This document shows positions 56,600 through 64,000 of a DNA stretch of 64,000 nucleotides, piece by piece. The translations under genes were made by a program, and so were the position numbers. Under the pieces are notes generated by a model. That model made no database searches. It saw nothing but the letters and a program-made list of their open reading frames with translations, and had not been told where the DNA came from. Positions within the stretch are counted from its first letter, which is position 1. Every line of letters begins with the position of its first letter. Source of the stretch: Abditibacterium sp. (GTDB lineage: Bacteria; Armatimonadota; Abditibacteriia; Abditibacteriales; Abditibacteriaceae); contig OZ251992.1 of NCBI GenBank assembly GCA_965246885.1, forward strand, positions 32,001 to 96,000, given 5' to 3'.

Positions 56600-59224
56600 A
56601 TGGCAATCAATTCAGTCAATTCGAGCGGCAACTTAGTGGATGCCGATGGCAAGGCGGCTTATGCGCGCGAAGTCATCCCGATGCGGATTCAGGACGAGAT
56701 GCGCGTTTCCTACACGCGCTACGCGATGTCGGTTATCGTCGGGCGCGCGCTGCCCGATGTGCGCGACGGCCTCAAGCCCGTACATCGCCGCATTTTGTAT
56801 GCGATGTATGACCAGAACATGACCCCCGACCGGCGCCGCGAAAAGTGCGCGTCGGCGGTGGGCGAAGTTCTCAAGAAATACCACCCGCACGGCGACCAAT
56901 CGGTCTACGATGCCCTTGTGCGCATGGCGCAAGACTTCTCCATGCGCTACCGCCTCGTGGACGGGCAAGGCAACTTTGGCAGCGTGGACGGCGACGCGGC
57001 GGCGGCTTACCGCTACACCGAAGCGCGCTTGGCGCCCCTCGCAATGGAACTGCTGCGCGACATCGAAGCGGAAACGGTGGACTTCGTGCCGAACTTTTCC
57101 GAGTCCACGACCGAGCCGTTCGTGTTCCCGTCGGTGTATCCCAACCTGCTGGTGAATGGGAGCGCGGGCATTGCGGTTGGCATGGCGACGAACATTCCGC
57201 CGCACAATCTCGGCGAAGTGTGCGACGCGGTAGGGGTGTTGCTCGACAACCCCGACGCTTCGATTGGCGATCTCATGGCGGTCTGTCCCGGCCCCGATTT
57301 CCCGACTGCCGGGTTAATTTTGGGCACCAAAGGGGCAAACGCCGCCTATCACACCGGGCGCGGAAGCGTGATTATGCAAGCACGCGCCACGATTGAGCCG
57401 ATGGACGGCGGGCGCAACGCCATCATCGTGACGGAACTTCCCTACCAAGTCAACAAAGCCACCCTGATTGAGAACATCGCGGCTTTGGCGCGCGAAAAGC
57501 GCGTCGAGGGCATCTCCGAACTGCGCGATGAGTCCGACCGCCAAGGCATGCGCATCGTGATGGAGATCAAGCGCGACGCCAATCCCAGCGTCGTCCTCAA
57601 CTTCCTGTATAAGCACACCGCGCTTCGCACCAGTTTTGGCGTCAATACCCTCGCCATCGTGGACGGCTCACCGAAAGTGCTCACGCTCAAGTCCGCTCTC
57701 GAAGCGTTCGTGCGCCACCGCGAGGACGTGATCACGCGGCGCTCGAAGTTCCAACTGCGCAAGGCCGAAGCGCGCGCGCATATCTTGGAAGGGTTGCGCG
57801 CCATTCTCGCGTCCATTGACGAGGTCATCGCGCTTATCCGGGGTTCGGAATCGCGCGAGGACGCGCGCAACCGGCTGATGAACGAGGGCGTTCCCGCTTA
57901 CGTGGACGGCGCCCGCGCCGCCGACGGCACGATGGTGACGCTGTCGGAAATCCAAGCCAACGCCGTGTTGGACATGCGCTTGGGCCAACTCACGCAGCTT
58001 GACCGCATGAAGATAGACGACGAGTACGCCGACCTCATGAAGGAGATCGAGCGGCTGCGTGGCATCTTGGAATCGCCGCAAAAGGTGCGCGGCATCATCA
58101 AAGCCGACATGGTGCGCATCAAGAAGGAATACGGCGACCCGCGCCGGACGCAAATCATCGCGCGCGAAGCGCAGGAACTCAAGCCCGAAGACCTCATCGC
58201 CGAGGAAGATGTCGTCGTCACCATCACGCGCGACGGCTACATCAAGAAACTGCCGAAGGACACCTACAACGTGCAAGGGCGCGGCGGACGCGGCAAGGTC
58301 GGCTTGAACAAGAAGGAAGAGGACATGATCGAGCACCTCTTCGTCTGCTCGACGCACCACACCCTGCTTATCTTTACCAACCGGGGCAAGGTCTACCAAC
58401 TGCGCGCCTTCGAGATTCCCACCGCCTCGCGCCAAGCCAAGGGAACGCCCATCATTAACCTGCTTCAAGTCGAGCAGGGCGAATACGTCACCGCCGCGCT
58501 CAACATCTCCGACTTTTCCGACGACCGCTTCCTGTTCATGGTCACCAAAGAAGGCACGGTCAAAAAGACCGCACTTTCCGCCTACGACACCAAGCTCTCG
58601 AAGGGCATCATCGCCATCAACCTCGAAGGCTCCGACGAACTGCGCTTCGTGTTCCAAACCGACGGCAAGAAGGAGATTATCCTCGCCAGTCGCCAAGGCA
58701 TGAGCGTGCGCTTCAACGAGGCGGACGTGCGCGCGACGGGGCGCAACACGCAGGGCGTGACCGGTATGCGCTTCAAGTCGGGCGAAGATTACATTGTGGG
58801 CGCCGTGCCCGCCGATTCGGAAACGCTCATGCTCACCGTCAGTGAAAACGGCTTGGGCAAACGGAGCCGCATCGAGGACTACCGCTTGCAAAACCGGGGC
58901 GGCACGGGCGTCATCACGCTCAAAGTCAGCGACAAGACCGGCGAACTGGTCAGCCTCCAGAGCGTGCGCGACGACGAGGAACTGCTCATCATCACCCGCA
59001 ACGGCATCGTCATTCGCCAGCGCATTGACACCATCCGCGAAACGGGCCGCGTCGCGCAAGGCGTCAAGCTCATCAACCTCGACCCAAGCGACAAAGTCGC
59101 CGCCGTCGCCAAAATCCTCCAAGAACCCGAAGGCGACGACGTGGAACCAAGCGCCGACGCCGAGAGTCCAAACGGGCAGTTGGAACTGCCCGACAACGCC
59201 GACACGCAAACGGTCGAAGCGTAA
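56600..59224 (+). CDS. gyrA: DNA gyrase subunit A
   Basis: RALPDVRDGLKPV, YHPHGD, AAAYRYTE catalytic Tyr, GyrA-box QGRGGRG, beta-pinwheel repeats. Confidence 0.97.
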   Translation: MAINSVNSSGNLVDADGKAAYAREVIPMRIQDEMRVSYTRYAMSVIVGRALPDVRDGLKPVHRRILYAMYDQNMTPDRRREKCASAVGEVLKKYHPHGDQSVYDALVRMAQDFSMRYRLVDGQGNFGSVDGDAAAAYRYTEARLAPLAMELLRDIEAETVDFVPNFSESTTEPFVFPSVYPNLLVNGSAGIAVGMATNIPPHNLGEVCDAVGVLLDNPDASIGDLMAVCPGPDFPTAGLILGTKGANAAYHTGRGSVIMQARATIEPMDGGRNAIIVTELPYQVNKATLIENIAALAREKRVEGISELRDESDRQGMRIVMEIKRDANPSVVLNFLYKHTALRTSFGVNTLAIVDGSPKVLTLKSALEAFVRHREDVITRRSKFQLRKAEARAHILEGLRAILASIDEVIALIRGSESREDARNRLMNEGVPAYVDGARAADGTMVTLSEIQANAVLDMRLGQLTQLDRMKIDDEYADLMKEIERLRGILESPQKVRGIIKADMVRIKKEYGDPRRTQIIAREAQELKPEDLIAEEDVVVTITRDGYIKKLPKDTYNVQGRGGRGKVGLNKKEEDMIEHLFVCSTHHTLLIFTNRGKVYQLRAFEIPTASRQAKGTPIINLLQVEQGEYVTAALNISDFSDDRFLFMVTKEGTVKKTALSAYDTKLSKGIIAINLEGSDELRFVFQTDGKKEIILASRQGMSVRFNEADVRATGRNTQGVTGMRFKSGEDYIVGAVPADSETLMLTVSENGLGKRSRIEDYRLQNRGGTGVITLKVSDKTGELVSLQSVRDDEELLIITRNGIVIRQRIDTIRETGRVAQGVKLINLDPSDKVAAVAKILQEPEGDDVEPSADAESPNGQLELPDNADTQTVEA

Positions 59225-59237
59225 AAGTCGAGCACAG

Positions 59238-59272
59238 ACGCCCCACTCGAAATCAACGAGTGGGGCGTTTTG
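59238..59272 (+). terminator. Intrinsic terminator after gyrA
   Basis: acgccccactcg-aaatcaa-cgagtggggcgt followed by a T-run. Confidence 0.85.
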
Positions 59273-59307
59273 TATCCGCGCAGGCGTGTTTCCCGAAACT
59301 TGCGCCG

Positions 59308-59670
59308 TCATGCTCGCGGCAAGAGGAACACTTGACCCGTCGGGGCGGCAAAATCAATGAGCACCACGTCGTAGACGCGCTTCTGGAATTTCCACTCGCC
59401 GTCTTGTTTAATCAAGTCGTCGGTGTAGAACGCCAGAATGTTCATGCCTTTGACTCTGGGGAGCGCCCCTTCGCCGTTGGGTCGGCTTTGCCGATTTCGT
59501 TGAGCGTGACCTGTGCCCGCGCGGTTGTTTCGCCCAGCAGGGTGATGGTGGTGGCGTGGTTCATTTGCACGAATAGCTCTTGGCTTTCGACGGCGCGCTT
59601 GACTTCGGTCATTATCGCTTCGATGCCCTCGTAGTGCCCATTGATGGAAGCATGGAATTCCCACACGCCG
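59308..59670 (-). pseudogene. SnoaL/NTF2-family gene remnant (5'-truncated, frameshifted)
   Basis: GVWE..YEGIEAI..QMNH..ARAQ in one frame and YTDDLIKQDGEWKFQKR in another; shift near 59466-59480. Confidence 0.72.
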
Positions 59671-59675
59671 CTTGC

Positions 59676-60002
59676 ACTCCAGCACGCCGGAACAAGAGCC
59701 TACGGCAACTATGCGCCCGATGTCGTGCAACGCCTTTCCTTCATCAGGCAAATGCAGAGCGCAGGCTTCACTTGCGCGAGATAAAGCACGTCTTGCAAGA
59801 GTGGGGCGACGACGCGAAAGCGACACCCAAATCAGAGAGCGTCCAAATCATCGAGCCGAAACTACGCCAAACCGAAGAGAAGATCCGCCACTTGGAAGAA
59901 GTGCGGGCGTATTTATCCAGCAAGATAGAACGCTTGGAAGCAGAGACAGCGCCCTCCTCGCTTTCCGCAACTGGCGGAAGCGAACAGTCACCTACCCCAT
60001 GA
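59676..60002 (+). pseudogene. MerR-family regulator remnant (HTH missing, frameshifted)
   Basis: YGNYAPDVVQRLSFIRQMQSAGFT, then a frame switch near 59770 into LREIK..KLRQTEEKIRHLEEVR. Confidence 0.75.
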
Positions 60003-60963
60003 GTTCGCGCAGTATCGGCTCGATTTCATCTTGCTTGCCGATGTCGCGCGCGAAGTCGCGTACAAACAGCGCGGCCTCCATGCGTTCGTGCGCGGAGACG
60101 GCGGCGTGGATGTGGAACGGACGGAAAGAAACGCCCGCCGTCTTGCCGTTGGGATACAGGCCGCGCCACCGCGACATTTCAACGGTCGGCTCGAAATGCG
60201 CGTCAACGACGGAAAGAAGGGGTGCGATTTGGGACATGGGGTACATATTGTTGATTACGCTTATCTTTGTCCGTTCTCCAGCCCCGAAATATGAGGGCGT
60301 GGTGTAACAAACCAACTCGTCGCTCCGACCAAAGGTGGGCCGGATGAGCGAGAAAAGCACTCGCACCACCGCAGTCCAACTCTCGAAGTTGCCGTTGGCG
60401 AAAGACAGCACCGAAAGGCGGCGCTCGTTCTCATCCAGCGCGGCAAATCGGCGCGAAAGACGCAGTTCGTCGGCCTGCGCGTCGAGGCCATCGGTGTGCA
60501 AACGGCCTTCATCGCCCTGCGGGTCGAGAAACTCCACATAAGCAGAAGCGGGGCGCGACACGAACTCCAACGCCTTCGTCCACGCGAAGCGCGGCGTCGG
60601 CGCCAGCCAGCGCGCGGGCAGCTTCTGGCGGGGGGACTTCACCAAGAAGCGGCCCAAGCGTAGCAGCGCCCAGTCATCGCCGTCGGGGAAAGGCACGACG
60701 CGGTAGTGGCGGCGCGTGGCCCAACAGTCCGACAGGCGGCGCGTTAGTTGGTCGCGCTTGAATGCCGTCAGCGGGCGCTTAGGCGAGACTGAATACGCGA
60801 GGTCGCACCACACCAGTTGCGGGTCGCTCCCTTGTGGGCGGAAGAAAAGGTCGCCCCACGCGGCGCGCCACTCGATGACCGGCGGGTCGGGCACGCGCCC
60901 CGCCGCGCGGAGCGGCAGTTCGTCCTCGAACGGGGCAAAGAGGTCGCGGATGTTCATGGGCAT
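59992..60963 (-). CDS. Hypothetical protein
   Basis: 323-aa ORF with no recognised motif; fills the interval, divergent from the GntR gene. Confidence 0.6.
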   Translation of the reverse strand: MPMNIRDLFAPFEDELPLRAAGRVPDPPVIEWRAAWGDLFFRPQGSDPQLVWCDLAYSVSPKRPLTAFKRDQLTRRLSDCWATRRHYRVVPFPDGDDWALLRLGRFLVKSPRQKLPARWLAPTPRFAWTKALEFVSRPASAYVEFLDPQGDEGRLHTDGLDAQADELRLSRRFAALDENERRLSVLSFANGNFESWTAVVRVLFSLIRPTFGRSDELVCYTTPSYFGAGERTKISVINNMYPMSQIAPLLSVVDAHFEPTVEMSRWRGLYPNGKTAGVSFRPFHIHAAVSAHERMEAALFVRDFARDIGKQDEIEPILRELMG

Positions 60964-61034
60964 CGGGCAGTTCTTCCTAATCTACAAAAGCGCCGGGGCA
61001 TCCTCCGGGCACCCCGAAAATTTTCCCGCCAAAG

Positions 61035-61064
61035 TGTTAGAAACAGTTGCGTCTTGGGCATACT
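61035..61064 (+). promoter_or_regulatory. Promoter of GntR/pilin locus 3: TGTTAGA-N13-TGGGCATACT
   Basis: Shared motif with loci 1 and 2; upstream AAAATTTT tract. Confidence 0.68.
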
Positions 61065-61121
61065 GTTTCTGTCCCCATCTGCCCCTTTTGCCCGGCAAAG
61101 CGGCGGGGAGGGGCGGACTTT

Positions 61122-62357
61122 ATGGCGACACGGCAAGAAATCGCGCACTCCAAAGCGGGCCTATCGGACGAACTCCGGGGCCACCGCGACGGCGGTTTGG
61201 CGCCGGGCGCGCCGCTCCCGTCGGTGCGCGAGTTGGCCGCGCGGCACGGCTTGTCCAAGCGCGCCGTCAACGACGAACTGCAACGTTTGGCCGACGCCGG
61301 GGTGCTTTACACCGTCCCGCGCGTGGGCACCTTCATCGCCTCACCAAAACAAGGCGCACCCGGCCCGACCAGCGATACCGTCGCCCTCTTGTCGGTTGCG
61401 CCCCTGCGAAGCGGCTCGAACGCGCGGGCGGACGGCTGGACGCACGCCATCGAAGACGGCGCCGCTAGCGCCATCCACGCCGGAGGGCAGCACGTGTTGT
61501 CCTTGCAACGCGACGGTTTTCTCGATGAAGTCGTCGGGCCGGGCGCGGTCGAACGCTTGGCCGCGCGCAACCTGAGCGGACTGGTCATCTCCGACATGAT
61601 CGGCGAGGAAGACCACCTGCATCGCCTCTTGACCGGCTTCGCCAAGATACGGGTTCCCGTCGTGGCCATCGGGGGACACGCGGCGTTTAAGGGCTGCGAC
61701 CGCGCCGTGTCCGACCACGAAGCGGGCGCTTACGCGCTCACGCGCTGGCTGTTAGGGCGCGGCAGAACGCGCATCGCCCAAGTCTGGAGTGCCCCCGCGA
61801 GCGGCTACTGGTTCCCGGCGCGCATGGCCGGATACGCGCGGGCCATGCGCGAGGCCGGGTTGGAAGCCGCCGCCCCGCTCATCGTGCCCGTGCGCGGACA
61901 CGCCGACCGCGCGCAGTTCGAGAGCGCCGCCGCGCAGTTCGAGAGCGCGCTCCGGGAAGGGGGCGCGGGTGTGGATGCCCTGCTCGTGGACACCGATGGT
62001 CACGTCCCATTCGTCGCGGCGGCGCTCCGGCGCATGGGAAGCGAGCCAAACCGCGACGTGCTGCTGGCGGGCTACGACAACTACTGGCAAATGATGGACG
62101 CGGGCGACTTAGAGCGCACCTTGCCGGTCGTGACCGTAGACAAAGGCAACTGGCAGTTGGGCGAAACCGCCGTCGCGCTCCTGTGGGAGCGCCTCGCCGG
62201 AGCCTTGCCCCGCGCGCCGCAAACCCGCGCCGTCGCGCCGCACTTAGTGGAAGTCGAAGCGCAACGCGCGCACCTCTGGCGCCACGCGCTACTGACCGTC
62301 GGGCCACCCACAATAGCCCACAATCAAGCAGGAGTTCCCGTCGCGCAAGCGGCGTAA
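61122..62357 (+). CDS. GntR-HTH regulator with LacI-type sugar-binding domain
   Basis: PGAPLPSVRELAARHGLS..PRVGTFI; SDHEAG, AGYDN. Confidence 0.88.
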   Translation: MATRQEIAHSKAGLSDELRGHRDGGLAPGAPLPSVRELAARHGLSKRAVNDELQRLADAGVLYTVPRVGTFIASPKQGAPGPTSDTVALLSVAPLRSGSNARADGWTHAIEDGAASAIHAGGQHVLSLQRDGFLDEVVGPGAVERLAARNLSGLVISDMIGEEDHLHRLLTGFAKIRVPVVAIGGHAAFKGCDRAVSDHEAGAYALTRWLLGRGRTRIAQVWSAPASGYWFPARMAGYARAMREAGLEAAAPLIVPVRGHADRAQFESAAAQFESALREGGAGVDALLVDTDGHVPFVAAALRRMGSEPNRDVLLAGYDNYWQMMDAGDLERTLPVVTVDKGNWQLGETAVALLWERLAGALPRAPQTRAVAPHLVEVEAQRAHLWRHALLTVGPPTIAHNQAGVPVAQAA

Positions 62358-62411
62358 ACTTAGTGTCGGGGTTCCGATACAACCGCCGGAAGTTCCGGTA
62401 AGAACAACACC

Positions 62412-63188
62412 ATGAATCACAAACTTCGCTTCGAGACAATGGGCAAGAAGGGGTCTGCATTTACCCTTATAGAATTATTGGTAGTCATCGCTATCATCGC
62501 CATCCTTGCTGCTATCTTATTCCCGGCCTTTGCCCGCGCCCGCGAAAACGCCCGCCGCGCCTCGTGCCAGAGCAACCTCAAGCAAATCGGACTGGGCTTC
62601 GCCCAGTATACGCAGGACTACGACGAGACCTACCCGCTCAGCAGAACGGGACAACTCAACGTTCCGTCCAACAGACACGACGCATGGTGGGACGTGTTGC
62701 AGCCCTACCTGAAAAGCACGCAAATCTTCCAGTGCCCCAGCGACCCCAACAACGCGGGAATGCCCAACGACAATTTCAAGTCCCAAACCGCCGCGCCGTT
62801 GGAGCGCCCGAACATTTGGTCGAGCTACGTCGGCAACGTTTATATGCTCGCCATCGACAACAACCCGTTGGCCATCGCAAGTGTCGCCAGCACCGCCACG
62901 ACCATCATCGTTTCCGATGGCGCGACTCAAATCAACGCCACCGCGCCCTTCGTTACTCCCACCTCGCCTGCTAAAACCGTCCAATGCCCTTGGCTCGTCG
63001 CCGACCCCGGCAATGCCACCCAGTTGGGCTTTATGGACAGCGGCGACAACAACTGGGGCGGCCCCAGCGTGCGCCACTTGGAAACGGGCAACGTCCTGTT
63101 TGCCGATGGCCACGTCAAGGCGCTGCGCGCCGAGAAGTGGTTCTACGCCAACACCCCTTGGCTCGACCCGACTAAGGGCGGTAGCTAA
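62412..63188 (+). CDS. DUF1559 prepilin-type protein with H-X9-DG motif
   Basis: [38 protein letters not shown]. Confidence 0.92.
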   Translation: MNHKLRFETMGKKGSAFTLIELLVVIAIIAILAAILFPAFARARENARRASCQSNLKQIGLGFAQYTQDYDETYPLSRTGQLNVPSNRHDAWWDVLQPYLKSTQIFQCPSDPNNAGMPNDNFKSQTAAPLERPNIWSSYVGNVYMLAIDNNPLAIASVASTATTIIVSDGATQINATAPFVTPTSPAKTVQCPWLVADPGNATQLGFMDSGDNNWGGPSVRHLETGNVLFADGHVKALRAEKWFYANTPWLDPTKGGS

Positions 63189-63302
63189 GGCGAAGCGCCT
63201 TTCGGAAGTGGTGCGGCCCGAACAGGAGCCGCGCCCTCCCTTCCGAAGAGTTCTTGCCGCCGCCTCGACCTCAAAGCGGCGGCACTATTTACAGGAGGAA
63301 TC

Positions 63303-64000
63303 ATGTCGGCTTTGCACAGTGGAAACGGGCGTTTGGGTTTCACGTTGCTGGAATTGCTCATCGTCATTGCCATCATCGCCTTGCTCGCGGCGATTCTGTT
63401 CCCGGCCTTTGCTCCGGCGCGCGAAAACGCGCGGCGGGCGGCTTGCCAATCAAACCTCAAGCAGTTGGGCTTGGGCTTCGCGCAATACACGCAGGACTAC
63501 GACGAGCGCTTGCCCGGTTACGTCGTTAGCCACACTGATGGGAGCCAATCGTGGAAGCGCGTGCTTTTTCCCTACGTCAAGTCAACGCAAGTCTATAGTT
63601 GCCCGTCCAACAAGTTCGGCCAAAGTCCGTCGGGCGACAGTCCGCCCTACGTTACAATCCCCACCGGTCAGCCCGTCTTCGATGTTTCCTACCTCGCCAA
63701 CGCTTCGGTGCCGGGCGCTGGAGGCACCACACCGATGCGCTCCGCCGACCTCGCCGTCAATATCGCGGCCATCACCAACTCTTCCTCCACCATTCTCCTC
63801 ACCGAAGGCACATGGGGCGGCTGCGACATTTCGTTCAACTACTCGCCCTTTGTTTTCGCCGACCAAGTTGTGACGCAGCACAGCGAGTTTCGCGGCCACA
63901 ATGGGCGCGTCAATTTCCTGTTCGCCGATGGCCATGTCAAGTCGCTCAAACCCACCGCGACGGCTTCGCCCGTCAATATGTGGACAATAGACGGCGCGGG
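63303..64000 (+). CDS. DUF1559 prepilin-type protein, truncated by window end (absent from ORF track)
   Basis: [57 protein letters not shown]; open to the end of the window. Confidence 0.9.
   Translation, partial: MSALHSGNGRLGFTLLELLIVIAIIALLAAILFPAFAPARENARRAACQSNLKQLGLGFAQYTQDYDERLPGYVVSHTDGSQSWKRVLFPYVKSTQVYSCPSNKFGQSPSGDSPPYVTIPTGQPVFDVSYLANASVPGAGGTTPMRSADLAVNIAAITNSSSTILLTEGTWGGCDISFNYSPFVFADQVVTQHSEFRGHNGRVNFLFADGHVKSLKPTATASPVNMWTIDGA

Overview
GC-rich bacterial chromosomal window. The lineage is probably Abditibacteriota/Armatimonadota-like, inferred from the [19 protein letters not shown] prepilin paralogs. It mixes housekeeping genes (fba, purA, nadA, valS, gyrB, gyrA, tRNA-Lys, split mlaF-mlaD/mlaE) with accessory carbohydrate loci. 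The main signal is a cassette seen three times: a sugar-sensing regulator (LacI or GntR) followed by one or two DUF1559/H-X9-DG type-IV-prepilin-like genes. In loci 1 and 2 a stem-loop and secreted glycan-active enzymes follow; locus 3 is cut by the window edge. No SusC/SusD or ABC sugar transporter lies in these loci. All three regulator genes share the upstream motif TGTTWGA-N13-TGGGYATAMT. Other notable items: several unrelated 21-bp-period tandem arrays, three ~100-bp REPIN-like palindromes (one forming a gene junction), an in-frame palindromic insertion in valS, a secretin-like motif inserted in an esterase, a VapBC-like pair between gyrB and gyrA, a long MlaD with a probable beta-barrel end, three tandem Ser/Thr kinases and some decayed genes. 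All family calls come from motif recognition by eye; no searches were run.
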